Shown piece by piece: positions 1-10,329 of a stretch of 64,000 nt of DNA (the first letter of the stretch is position 1; the number at the start of each line of letters is the position of its first letter). Location: the IMG/VR virus record IMGVR_UViG_2541047319_000002; one strand, written 5' to 3'. The DNA comes from an uncultured virus (IMG/VR IMGVR_UViG_2541047319_000002) (lineage: Duplodnaviria > Heunggongvirae > Uroviricota > Caudoviricetes). Under the pieces are notes generated by a model. That model saw nothing but the letters and a program-made list of their open reading frames with translations, searched no databases and was not told the origin of the DNA. The position numbers were made by a program, and so were the translations under genes.

Positions 1-1484
1 AGGAAAAGTTTATAATTATTTTTATATTCAGTATCATAGTAATCAAAATCAGCAAAGAAAATGTTAGGCTTAAAATCTAAATTACTAATTTTAACCCAAG
101 TACCAGGTTTAAAAGTTCTGTCGGTTAGATATGGATAAGCAATTTTAGCACTATCCGCAAAAGAAGTGACTGTTCCACTAGCAACTTTATATTTAGAGTT
201 TAATTGCGATATAGTATTATTAGCTTGTGTTAACTGATTCATCAAATCCTGTAAACTAGCGTCTCCACTATCAAAAGACTGCTTTATTTTCTCTGATAAC
301 TCAACAAGTGTGTTATTCAAACTTGCTTCTATATTCTTTAATGCTAAAGTGTTTATAATACTTGTTTTCCCAACTTTAAATCCTGCATTAACCTCAACTA
401 ATTTTGTTGATATATCATTTAAATTTACATTTTCGGGCAGTGGCATTATATTCTTACTTATACTTAAAACTTTTTCAGCAGTTGCATTATTGCTGTCTGT
501 AACAACTATTTTAAGCGTGTGCAGTGCATTATCTTCTAATGTATAGTTAATTGTTTTCTCTGTTGTTAAATCTGTTGTTATAGTTTCTTTTAGCACATCA
601 TCTATAAAATATTCTATCTTAGTTAATAATGTAGGGTCTGTGTGGTCAGCTTTAAATGTTGCTTGTGTAGAATTATAAGATGATATATTTAAAAATGGTA
701 ATGATTGAAGTAAAGTTATTTGTGCGTAACCATAAGCACCAGCAGTATTTCCACCCGGTGTCATAACAATATTATCAAAATAATATTCAGATGTTGGTGT
801 GTAGCCAGTAGGCTTATAACTGTCTTTAGTCAATACATAACTACTTCCACCTCCACCTGCTCCTACACCATTCATGCCTGCACCACCAAACCAGCCACCT
901 CCGCCGCCTTCGCCAGTTGAATCTTTAACAGAACACCCTTTTCCAAAACTTCCGTTTTCTGTATTTACACGACCAATACCACCTTGATATTGAGTACCAC
1001 CGGGACGGTATCTGTCATTAGAACTATACCCAGTACCTCCTTCTAATCCTCCTCCTGCACCACCAGTGTAAGGATGATATGAACCTCCGCCACCACCTGC
1101 GACAATTATACGAGATAGCAAACCTTGCTCATTATCCCAAGCACCACCAACGAGCCTTATATCAGTAGCACCACCACCGTACATAGAATAATAAGTACCC
1201 ATAACCTGTTGATTTAAATAACCTTTACCACCGCCATTAAAACCACTTTTAGTGTTATTACTCGTAGATGAAGAAGCAAAACCACTTTCGCCGACGTAAA
1301 CATATAATGTAGTTTGTTTTTTTAATGTAATTTCACCTTTAGAATATCCGCCTTTAGCATCAGTATGCCAAGAAGAATTGTTGATACCTCCAGAAGAACC
1401 CCAGCATTCAAATTTATATTTGCCAGGTTTCAATATAACACTTTGTGGCGAACCATTGTACCCAAAGTTCCATTCTGTCTGCAT
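1..1484 (-). CDS. Glycine-rich tail fibre / receptor-binding protein (runs off window end)
   Basis: Not in ORF track because it is truncated. ATG at 1484 after AAAGGAGAG RBS; reads MQTEWNFGYNGSPQSVILKPGKYKFECWGSSGG...GGGATDIRL...IIVAGGGGG, typical of Gly-rich clostridial phage fibres; open to position 1. Confidence 0.8.
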   Translation of the reverse strand, partial: MQTEWNFGYNGSPQSVILKPGKYKFECWGSSGGINNSSWHTDAKGGYSKGEITLKKQTTLYVYVGESGFASSSTSNNTKSGFNGGGKGYLNQQVMGTYYSMYGGGATDIRLVGGAWDNEQGLLSRIIVAGGGGGSYHPYTGGAGGGLEGGTGYSSNDRYRPGGTQYQGGIGRVNTENGSFGKGCSVKDSTGEGGGGGWFGGAGMNGVGAGGGGSSYVLTKDSYKPTGYTPTSEYYFDNIVMTPGGNTAGAYGYAQITLLQSLPFLNISSYNSTQATFKADHTDPTLLTKIEYFIDDVLKETITTDLTTEKTINYTLEDNALHTLKIVVTDSNNATAEKVLSISKNIMPLPENVNLNDISTKLVEVNAGFKVGKTSIINTLALKNIEASLNNTLVELSEKIKQSFDSGDASLQDLMNQLTQANNTISQLNSKYKVASGTVTSFADSAKIAYPYLTDRTFKPGTWVKISNLDFKPNIFFADFDYYDTEYKNNYKLF

Positions 1485-1498
1485 TTTCTCACTCTCCT

Positions 1499-2038
1499 TT
1501 AACAATAAGTTATCAATTCATTTACACTTGTTGCAATGTTAGATAACCCACCACTTAATTTTTCTTCTATATTAACCAATCTATCTTCGATTTTCTTAGA
1601 TGAATAAGTAGTCATTTCAGATACTCTGTTATCATCTACAGTTGCATTAATAAAATGAGTTTCTGCATTTCCATTAATAACATAAACATTTAACTCAACT
1701 TTTACTTCACTTCTAATCTCAATTGAATTATCATCAACTATTTTAAAATTTGGAACTACATTTTCTTTTGTAGTAGCATCTATAATATTTACAACTATTC
1801 TCTGTGTTAATAAACTATGTGTTACAGTTGCTTTGAATCCATTTTCTGCATCCTCCACCCAATCATCAATAGTTATTGTTTGAGTAGATGCAACATTTGA
1901 ACCACCCGCTATAAGCTGGTCAATCTTAGTATTCAACTCTGTTTTAGCAGTTTCTATATTTGTATTAACTTTTTCTATTTCTGTATTAGTGTTATTAGGT
2001 ACATTCTTTATTTTTTTTACTACCTCTTCATTTAACAA
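1499..2038 (-). CDS. Tail-associated protein sharing a domain with the BppU-like protein
   Basis: W..D....F...V.H.L.T..I.V.I.D..TK...IVD.N.IEI segment is shared with 7742-9820; lies in tail fibre module. Confidence 0.65.
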   Translation of the reverse strand: MLNEEVVKKIKNVPNNTNTEIEKVNTNIETAKTELNTKIDQLIAGGSNVASTQTITIDDWVEDAENGFKATVTHSLLTQRIVVNIIDATTKENVVPNFKIVDDNSIEIRSEVKVELNVYVINGNAETHFINATVDDNRVSEMTTYSSKKIEDRLVNIEEKLSGGLSNIATSVNELITYC

Positions 2039-2116
2039 TTTATCACCTTCTTTTTTATTTAGAGAGCTACATTAGTAACTCTCTATTTTGAACATAAAAA
2101 AAGAACTCTTACAGTT

Positions 2117-2440
2117 CTATGATAATGAAATCTCTAGTGCTTCACACATTTTTCTTACTTCTTCTCGATATTTAACAGGTACTTGGTCAATTGTTTTTAA
2201 ACCTCTCTCTATCAATCCTACATAAATTGCTGCCATACTACTTCCTCCTTCATTTAATTTTATATTTTTTAATGACATAGTAGATGCCTGTTGACTACTT
2301 AATACCATTTCACATATTTCAGCAGTCGCTAACATTAAATCTGTTATGTCATTATCTTGCGTTTTTTGACTTGAATCTAAATCATCTAATTCTTTTCTTT
2401 GTCTTGACTTCTCAATTTTTTCTTTATCTATTTTTATCAT
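2117..2440 (-). CDS. CD1375-like small tail/fibre-associated protein
   Basis: C-terminal MAAIYVGLIERGLKTIDQVPVKYREEV resembles CD1375/XkdX-type proteins; directly follows the large RBP. Confidence 0.65.
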   Translation of the reverse strand: MIKIDKEKIEKSRQRKELDDLDSSQKTQDNDITDLMLATAEICEMVLSSQQASTMSLKNIKLNEGGSSMAAIYVGLIERGLKTIDQVPVKYREEVRKMCEALEISLS

Positions 2441-2451
2441 TTAATCACCTC

Positions 2452-5400
2452 TTAAAGTGTTTCAACATCTAAATTGAATAACATAGATGGTTTTTTTATA
2501 GTTGTATTAGTGTTTCCTTCTTCTACTATTACTTTAGGTTGTGCAGATTGTATATTCATATCTTTTAACTCATATATCTCCTTATATCCATTCTTAGTTT
2601 TTCTTGTCTCTACTTTAACCATATCTTTAAATGTATCTGATTCATTTATCTTTAATTGTACTTTTAATTTATTTACTAAATGATAAATTGGATTGTTAGA
2701 ATTTAAATCTTCTAACAGACCTTTATTGAGTGTAAGTACTACATCTTGTGAATTATCAACTATACTAGATACATTATAAGTATTCCCATTGATTAATACA
2801 GTTGAATCTTTTACTATAGTTGCTCCTGCTTCTTTTTTATAAATATAAACATTTATATATAAATTATTTCCAATGTCAGAATGTGCTTTAAATACAATCT
2901 TATTTTCTCCAAGAACTAAATCCTCTGGATTAATCTCAAACGTAACTGTTCCTGTAGATAAGTCTTCTATTATACTTGAACTAATATTATTTATAAACAT
3001 CTCTATTTTTGTCAATTCATTATTTGGATTTTGCAAATCTATTTCAATAGATGAGTATGACTTATTCTTTATTTCCAAACAAGTTTTCTCTGAATCTACT
3101 TTTGAGATTATATATAATGTTTCATCTTTTATTAAAGCATCCACTATATCATTAACATCTCTTGGAATATATATTTGTGAGAAAGTATATAACATAGAAC
3201 CAATCTCTACATCTTTAATTTTATATGTTTCCTTATTTATCCCTGTAACATACAAAGTCTTATCATTTTTTATAACAAATATATGTTTATCATCATAAGA
3301 TTTTATATATTTTACATTTTCTAATACTTTAGTAAATAATTTAATAATTGTATTTTTTGTATTCTCATTCAGTCCTAAGATTCCATTTATATTATATCCT
3401 TGTACGTATAATTGACCTTCTGTAGTTATAGCCAATATATAATTACTATAAGCATATATCTCCCTTATATTAGAAATAGTTAATACTTCTTGTAACTCAT
3501 TAACCTCATCATTATGCCCTATTCCAAGTTGATATTCTGAGTTTTTACCAATAGAAAACAATGAGCCATCATTTTTTAAGAAGTAAGTAAAATTATCACC
3601 ACAAGCAACATCTATTATATTTGTTAAGTTAATTTTTATAAATTCAGAAGTTGTTGTTAGCTCAGATTTATTTATAGCAAGTTCCCCAAATTGATTTGAA
3701 CCACAACCATAGACATCCCCATTTTCTAATATCAAAATTGAATGAGTTGATGATAAAGACATCTTTTTTATATTATCAAAAGGCAATGAAGTTGAATAAT
3801 TTCCAGCATTTGTGCCAAATGGTATTCTATAATTAATACTATCATCATTATGTAAAAATATCTTCTTATTTACTAATAGTCCATAATTATTTCTTATAAT
3901 AGACATTTCATTAGAAAAACTTAAATCACTAGGATTATCACTAGAAGTGTTTGCAATCTGATTTTCTTCATGTCCATTAAAAATACCTACTTGACCAACT
4001 ACAGCATTACCTTTTCCTTCTAATTTATTATTAGTATATTGAACTATAAGACCATTATGCTGTGTATATACCTGTTTTACATTAAGGCAATTTCTAACAG
4101 GTGTTTTTTGTACAACATCAGAATAATTATTGATTTGACCCAATTGTCTACTACCAAACACATATAAGGCATTATCATTATCTATATAATAAGCATTTTT
4201 ACCATTTGCATATATGTGCTTTATATTACTTGTTAATTTTTTTAATACTACAGTACCAGATTCATTAAAACCTATACCATCATCAGCATTTCCTCCAGAA
4301 TATAAATCTCCATTTTCAAGTAAAACAAAAATAGTGTATTCTCCTAGAGCAACCTCTTTTATATTACTATTAAACGCTAAATCCTTATATCCTTCAATAT
4401 ATCCTGATGAATTATTATATGAAGTACCAACACCTAAACCTCCTAATGAGTTATATCCTGTGACAAATATTCTATTTTTCATTGTAATTATAGTTTTGCC
4501 TTCTTCCAACATTAAATTTGATATAGTTGATGGGTCTGTTAATCCTTCAATATTTATTTTAGTTAAACTGTTTGAATTTGTATTTGAACTTATGTAATTT
4601 CTATTTCCACAACCCATTAAAGAAATTATATTATCATTCTCCAATAATATAATAAAAACATACCTTCCACAAAATATATCCTTTATTGTTCCAGAAATAT
4701 TTACTTTAGTAAAAGTATTTCTATTAATATCATCCCCTAATCCTAATTGACCATAGCCATTTGAACCAGTTGAAAATAATTCATTGTCATAGGTTAGAAT
4801 GTAAGAAGATTTGTAACATGTTATTACTTTTTTTACATTATCAATAGGCACCTTAGTAAAAGTACCCCTATCAATATTATCTCCTAAACCTAATTGCCCT
4901 AAGTCATTTGTTCCAATTGAATAGACTTGATTATTATTTGTAAGAATAAATAAACAATCATTCGATGGAATAAATTCTTTTATATTATCTATAGGAACTT
5001 TTATAAATTCAGACCGAGCTTTAATTGTCCCTAACTTGTTACCAGCATTATTACCACAGACATATCCTTCGCTATTATTTAATAATATATATAAAGCTTG
5101 TCTATCACTTTTAATTTCTTTTATATTTGATATGATATATTTTTTAGAAAATTGTTTTGATATATTTACAAAACCATCATGTCTAACATCATAAGGTTTT
5201 TTTATGCCAAAACAGCCATGAGAATTTACTCCAGAACAATATATGTTCCCAAAATAATCTTTAATTACTATCCTTAATCCACTAGCATATATTACTTGTG
5301 AATTATATGCAAAAAAAGCATTTGATAATGTGTATTTTTGACTATTAGAATAATAACTACTGTCTCCTCTTTGCCCACCTGCATTTCTACCTCTTATTTC

Positions 5401-7731
5401 AAATTTAGACTCCATCCTTGTTTTACTTGTTGTATATAAAAGATTGTCTGTTCCAAGATAATGATTATAATAAGGCATAGAAGACGATATAAGACTTCTT
5501 AAACCTAAATTCTTGTCTTGGGATGAAGCTCCAAAAGTCGAAGGTCTTCCTGTGAATTTTATTTCTTTATATCCTCCATCACTAGCATCTAATAATAAAC
5601 ATAAATTATAGTTAGAAACCAGAACTTTTGATAATTTAGGTTCATCTATTAAAACTGCGACTTCATTTGCATTTGAGTTTTTACTTCCTACAAACTCTCC
5701 AAACCTTGAATAATAATCATCAGTTACAGAAATTTTAATACTTGTGCTATAATAATTATGTCTCCCAGAAACATAGTAGTTATTAGACGTAGTTCTAATT
5801 AAACATCCATTATTAAAAGGAATAATTTCAGCAATGTTAGATACATCTGATACTGTTGTATCTGTTTTATATCTTGAATATCTCATCTTAACAAAAACGC
5901 TCCTACTTGAGGTATCATTAAGACTTAATTCGCCAAAAACATTATATCCTGCTGCATAAGATATTCTGCTATTGTCTATGTAATATGAAGAATTTGAATA
6001 TGCAATAATTTCATTTACATAAGTTACAGTACTTACTTTAGTAAAAATATTTCTATTAGTAGCGTCATTAAGTCCTAACTGCCCATAATTGTTTAAACCA
6101 GTTGAAAATAATTCATTAGTAGTTGTTTTTAATAACGCATGGTTATCTCCTACAGAAATTTTGTCAACAGAAGAAATATTTACTTTAGTAAAAGTATTTC
6201 TATTAATATTATCCCCTAATCCTAACACTCCAAATACATTATATCCTGTTGAATATAATGTATTATCACTTAGTAATATAAACGTGAAATATGAGCCTAG
6301 ATTTAAATATATATCTTTTATAGTAACTCCTTCTTCTAATTCCAATGGCACTCTAGTAAACTCATAACAATGACGATTATGACCTAAACCTAAACCTCCA
6401 TAAGCGTTGTATCCTGCTGCGTATAGTTCATTACCATTCACAACAATAAATGTAGAGGTGTCATTTGCTTTCACTAAAGAGATATTCACAAAATTATTTT
6501 CAAGCCCTATATCTAAAACTCTTTCATCATTTTTATTTATTAATAATCTATTATCAATAGACTCAATATGATTACATTCTTCAATATCAAAGTCCTCAAA
6601 TTTTTCAAATCCATATATAAATTTATCATATCTTTTTAAATAAGAAAAACTATAATTGTTATTTCCTGTCATATACAATTCATTGTTGCTAGTTAATATA
6701 AAGCTTATAGCATAAGCACATTTAATTTTACTTATATTTTTAATACTAATAGAAGATTTTCTAGGAGTATATGTTGATGTATCACAATTTATTTTATCTC
6801 CTAAACGCCCATCTGGGTTGGCTCCAGTTACATATATATCATTATTATTAGCTATATAAAATTTATGATATCTACCACTTTCTATATTTTTTACATTAGA
6901 TATAGATAGTTTTGTTAAGACTGTTACTGTAGCTCCTCCACCAACACCAACTTGCCCACTTGAATTATCTCCACAACCATAGACATCTCCATTTTCTAAA
7001 AGAAAATTTACAGCACCTTGAGCAGTAGAAATCTTTATTACATTATCTAAATTTACTTTAGTAAAAATATTTCTATTAGTAGTGTCATTAAGTCCTAACT
7101 GCCCATAGGAATTTGTACCTGTTGAATAGACTTCATTATTTAAAGTTAATATATATGAACAACTGACTCCTGCAAATATTTCTTTAACACTCAAATTATC
7201 AATTTTAGTAAATGTATTTACAGTAGATGTATTTCCTAAGCCTATCCTTCCAAATTTATTATTACCACATACATAAAGCTCGTTGTCATTTGTAACTAAC
7301 ATAGAATAGCCATTCCCACAAGCAATTTGTTTTACATTACTTATATTTATCTTAGTAAAAGTATTTCTATCAATATTATCTCCCAAACCTAACTCCCCAT
7401 CTGTGTTTAAGCCAGTAGAATACACATCTCCGTTATTTTTAAGTAAAAGAGAATGAGTTCCAGAAGATGAAACATACTTAACATTGTCAATATCTATTTT
7501 TGAAAAATATCTTATAGGTGATACTTTATTTCCAAGTCCTAAATTGCCAAAAACATTATATCCTGCTGCATATAACTTTAAATCATCCTTAATTATAAAC
7601 ACAGAACTAGAATCCATATCTGTAAATATATCTTTAACATTAAAAGTATCAAAATTTTTATTAAACTCTTCTATTTTAAATTCTTTGTTTCCAAATAAAG
7701 AACCTCTTTGTAATAGTTTATTCTTTTTCAT
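2452..7731 (-). CDS. Large RCC1/BLIP-II repeat receptor-binding protein (1759 aa)
   Basis: Many G.N.YGQLGLGD...R..FTK repeats (RCC1 blades); located in tail tip module. Confidence 0.8.
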   Translation of the reverse strand: MKKNKLLQRGSLFGNKEFKIEEFNKNFDTFNVKDIFTDMDSSSVFIIKDDLKLYAAGYNVFGNLGLGNKVSPIRYFSKIDIDNVKYVSSSGTHSLLLKNNGDVYSTGLNTDGELGLGDNIDRNTFTKINISNVKQIACGNGYSMLVTNDNELYVCGNNKFGRIGLGNTSTVNTFTKIDNLSVKEIFAGVSCSYILTLNNEVYSTGTNSYGQLGLNDTTNRNIFTKVNLDNVIKISTAQGAVNFLLENGDVYGCGDNSSGQVGVGGGATVTVLTKLSISNVKNIESGRYHKFYIANNNDIYVTGANPDGRLGDKINCDTSTYTPRKSSISIKNISKIKCAYAISFILTSNNELYMTGNNNYSFSYLKRYDKFIYGFEKFEDFDIEECNHIESIDNRLLINKNDERVLDIGLENNFVNISLVKANDTSTFIVVNGNELYAAGYNAYGGLGLGHNRHCYEFTRVPLELEEGVTIKDIYLNLGSYFTFILLSDNTLYSTGYNVFGVLGLGDNINRNTFTKVNISSVDKISVGDNHALLKTTTNELFSTGLNNYGQLGLNDATNRNIFTKVSTVTYVNEIIAYSNSSYYIDNSRISYAAGYNVFGELSLNDTSSRSVFVKMRYSRYKTDTTVSDVSNIAEIIPFNNGCLIRTTSNNYYVSGRHNYYSTSIKISVTDDYYSRFGEFVGSKNSNANEVAVLIDEPKLSKVLVSNYNLCLLLDASDGGYKEIKFTGRPSTFGASSQDKNLGLRSLISSSMPYYNHYLGTDNLLYTTSKTRMESKFEIRGRNAGGQRGDSSYYSNSQKYTLSNAFFAYNSQVIYASGLRIVIKDYFGNIYCSGVNSHGCFGIKKPYDVRHDGFVNISKQFSKKYIISNIKEIKSDRQALYILLNNSEGYVCGNNAGNKLGTIKARSEFIKVPIDNIKEFIPSNDCLFILTNNNQVYSIGTNDLGQLGLGDNIDRGTFTKVPIDNVKKVITCYKSSYILTYDNELFSTGSNGYGQLGLGDDINRNTFTKVNISGTIKDIFCGRYVFIILLENDNIISLMGCGNRNYISSNTNSNSLTKINIEGLTDPSTISNLMLEEGKTIITMKNRIFVTGYNSLGGLGVGTSYNNSSGYIEGYKDLAFNSNIKEVALGEYTIFVLLENGDLYSGGNADDGIGFNESGTVVLKKLTSNIKHIYANGKNAYYIDNDNALYVFGSRQLGQINNYSDVVQKTPVRNCLNVKQVYTQHNGLIVQYTNNKLEGKGNAVVGQVGIFNGHEENQIANTSSDNPSDLSFSNEMSIIRNNYGLLVNKKIFLHNDDSINYRIPFGTNAGNYSTSLPFDNIKKMSLSSTHSILILENGDVYGCGSNQFGELAINKSELTTTSEFIKINLTNIIDVACGDNFTYFLKNDGSLFSIGKNSEYQLGIGHNDEVNELQEVLTISNIREIYAYSNYILAITTEGQLYVQGYNINGILGLNENTKNTIIKLFTKVLENVKYIKSYDDKHIFVIKNDKTLYVTGINKETYKIKDVEIGSMLYTFSQIYIPRDVNDIVDALIKDETLYIISKVDSEKTCLEIKNKSYSSIEIDLQNPNNELTKIEMFINNISSSIIEDLSTGTVTFEINPEDLVLGENKIVFKAHSDIGNNLYINVYIYKKEAGATIVKDSTVLINGNTYNVSSIVDNSQDVVLTLNKGLLEDLNSNNPIYHLVNKLKVQLKINESDTFKDMVKVETRKTKNGYKEIYELKDMNIQSAQPKVIVEEGNTNTTIKKPSMLFNLDVETL

Positions 7732-7741
7732 ATAATTCCCC

Positions 7742-9820
7742 CTATCTCACTTCGTAGGAATACTTGTTTATTTTTATTTCAGTATCACCTTTTTGATAAG
7801 ATTCTTCTGTTTTAGTTTCACTATAGTTGCTTCCTAAATCATGAATATATCTTATTTTGTTGCATAAAAAAGGAACTGTTACATTTTTAAATAATACAGT
7901 TCCACTATTTGAAAGTAACTCTAATTGTTGCTTAAATTTATTAAGCTTTAAACCATCTAAATTACTTATGTTTTTAGAATCATATAGGGTATCATACCAA
8001 TACCCAGCTTCATCTGCTGTAGCTTCCTTATCTAATTCTAATTCAAATAGAATTTTAAGTATTTCCACAGACATTTTATTATAATTTTCTTTTAATATTT
8101 TCAATTGCTCGTTTGTATTTCCACCAGATTCAAGAACTTTAACACTAGCATCTAATTCATTTACCGCATCTGATATATTTTTAGATACTGTACTTAATTC
8201 ACTCGAACCAACTTTACTTTGTATTAGATTTATCTTATCTAAATTAGTAGCTATATTACTTTTATTTTCATTTATCTTAGTTAGACTCTCATCAAATTTT
8301 GCATTAATTTTAATACTAGAGTAAGTACTATCTAGTGTTGTTATATTATCATTTATTGTATTTGGTATAACCTCTTTATTTGTATTCCCATTTACAACCG
8401 TTACTCTTACATTTATAGCTAGTTCATTGAATATCTCTATTGTATTAGAATCTACTATAGTATAAGAATTAGTCATACTTTTCTTGGTTGCTTCATCTAA
8501 TATTGCTACAAATATATTTTCTGTAACTAAATTATGATTAACTATAAGTTTAAAATATTCTCCATCAGCAATCCAATTCGATTCAACATAAGATTTACTA
8601 AATGCTACATTAGTTGCAGCAGACGTCATCTCAGCTATTTTCTCATTAACTTTATCAAAATCATATGTTAATCTATCTTTTAAAGTATCCTTTACAGTTC
8701 CATCAACACTTTCTCTAGCTTGTATTAATTCGCCTCTAGCATCAAGACTTTCTAATTCTTCAAACCTATTTTCAAATTCAGTTATTTTATTACTAACAGT
8801 AGTTGTCATATCAGTTTTAGCAGTATTTACTTCAACTATTTTGTCATCTACTTCTTTTATCTTTGTATCTAATTTTATAGTACTTTCATCAATACAATCT
8901 TCCACATCAGATATAGCTTGATTTACTTCATCAAGTTTGTAATCAATTTGCTCTTGGTTATCTGTAAGTTTATCTTCAAATGTCTTATCATACAAATCAA
9001 AAGTACTATTAGCTCTAGTATCTAAGTCCTGAAACTTCTTATCTGTCTGAACTTGAACATCAAGCATTTTATCATCAACTATATTATCTATTTCTTCAGA
9101 CTTAGCATCTATAATCTCGTCTAATTGGAGTTGGCAATCTGTAAGTTTATCATCGACTTGAATTTGCATATTTTGAATGGATTCTTCACGATTTGCCTCT
9201 TGATTTTGACGTGTTAACTCATTAAACTCTCTTTCTTCTTCTTGTATGTTTCTTATATCTTCATTATAAATCCTAATCTGCTCTGCTTTATCTCTAACTT
9301 CTTCATTTCCAAGTATAGTTATTTCAAGTTGTTCAACTCTTTTAGTTAGCTCTTTATTATTCTTTATAATTTCTTCTGCTTGAGATATTAAGACTAATAA
9401 AACTCCATATTCATCTGTACTGGTCAAATCATCATCATTAATCATACCTTCTTCAACACGATAATAAAGATTAGTAGTATTAATAAGAGTATTTCCTTTT
9501 ACTAGAGAAAGTTGGAATGTATTTATACCAACACTTGCAAGTGCTTGTCGGCTAAGTTCTATCTCTACAACACCACTAGTAGCATCTACAACTTCACATT
9601 CGCCATTAACTTTTTGTCCGTCTGATTTTGTAATGCTAACTAAAACCCTGTCATATTCAGATAAATCTATTATTTCATCTTTGTTTTTCAATATTGCTTC
9701 AATATAAGCTGTTTTGACATCATTTTCATTATAAATAAAATAATCTAGTAATCTTTTGTTTATTCTATAATTACTAAAGTCGACCTCTATGGTATGATTC
9801 TTTATTTCATAATTTTTCAA
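7742..9820 (-). CDS. BppU-like upper baseplate protein
   Basis: N-terminal ENDVKTAYIEA..K.DG..V...EV.DATSGVVEIEL BppU-like domain followed by long coiled coil. Confidence 0.7.
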   Translation of the reverse strand: MKNYEIKNHTIEVDFSNYRINKRLLDYFIYNENDVKTAYIEAILKNKDEIIDLSEYDRVLVSITKSDGQKVNGECEVVDATSGVVEIELSRQALASVGINTFQLSLVKGNTLINTTNLYYRVEEGMINDDDLTSTDEYGVLLVLISQAEEIIKNNKELTKRVEQLEITILGNEEVRDKAEQIRIYNEDIRNIQEEEREFNELTRQNQEANREESIQNMQIQVDDKLTDCQLQLDEIIDAKSEEIDNIVDDKMLDVQVQTDKKFQDLDTRANSTFDLYDKTFEDKLTDNQEQIDYKLDEVNQAISDVEDCIDESTIKLDTKIKEVDDKIVEVNTAKTDMTTTVSNKITEFENRFEELESLDARGELIQARESVDGTVKDTLKDRLTYDFDKVNEKIAEMTSAATNVAFSKSYVESNWIADGEYFKLIVNHNLVTENIFVAILDEATKKSMTNSYTIVDSNTIEIFNELAINVRVTVVNGNTNKEVIPNTINDNITTLDSTYSSIKINAKFDESLTKINENKSNIATNLDKINLIQSKVGSSELSTVSKNISDAVNELDASVKVLESGGNTNEQLKILKENYNKMSVEILKILFELELDKEATADEAGYWYDTLYDSKNISNLDGLKLNKFKQQLELLSNSGTVLFKNVTVPFLCNKIRYIHDLGSNYSETKTEESYQKGDTEIKINKYSYEVR

Positions 9821-9831
9821 AGTATCACATC

Positions 9832-9993
9832 CTATTGTTCTTTATTTTGTTTAGTTTCTACTTTTTCTTTTCTTAACTCATTTATCTCTTCTTGTAATTG
9901 TCCATTTAGTGCCTTATAAAGTATTAATTCATTTTGCAATCCTCTTATTTCTTCTAAAGCTATTGTATATGCTCTTTGCATGTTTACTTCCAT
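9832..9993 (-). CDS. Small coiled-coil protein (53 aa)
   Basis: MEVNMQRAYTIALEEIRGLQNELILYKALNGQLQEEINELRKEKVETKQNKEQ*; AGGAGG RBS; fills the gap between tail genes. Confidence 0.7.
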   Translation of the reverse strand: MEVNMQRAYTIALEEIRGLQNELILYKALNGQLQEEINELRKEKVETKQNKEQ

Positions 9994-10008
9994 AATTATT
10001 ATCCTCCT

Positions 10009-10329
10009 TTATATATCCAAAGAATCTTTAAATTTTTCTATGTTTTCTTTTAAATAGTTATATCCTGATTCAAGTGGGTTTTTACCTGTTGCATCTAGTG
10101 TATTAATTCCAAAATAGTTATCAAAATTATCTTCTAAAATAGATATATTTTCATATTCAACAGCATCTAAACCTTCTCTTCTTGCTTCCTCTGAAATATA
10201 TCCTGATACTTTAATCTGAGCCATTTTATTACTATAGGATATATTTACAGTTGATATCCTCCAATAATAAACTTGTTGACCTGTTGCTAATAACTTACTC
10301 TTTCCAATCGCCATGTTGTTCTTCACCAC
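10009..10329 (-). CDS. Hypothetical tail-module protein (start probably 10314)
   Basis: ORF track; overlaps end of upstream gene. Confidence 0.65.
   Translation of the reverse strand: MVKNNMAIGKSKLLATGQQVYYWRISTVNISYSNKMAQIKVSGYISEEARREGLDAVEYENISILEDNFDNYFGINTLDATGKNPLESGYNYLKENIEKFKDSLDI

Noticed and set aside
2452..7731. Diversity-generating retroelement acting on the RBP
   Set aside because: No reverse transcriptase in the window; repeats are internal RCC1 blades without adenine-specific differences
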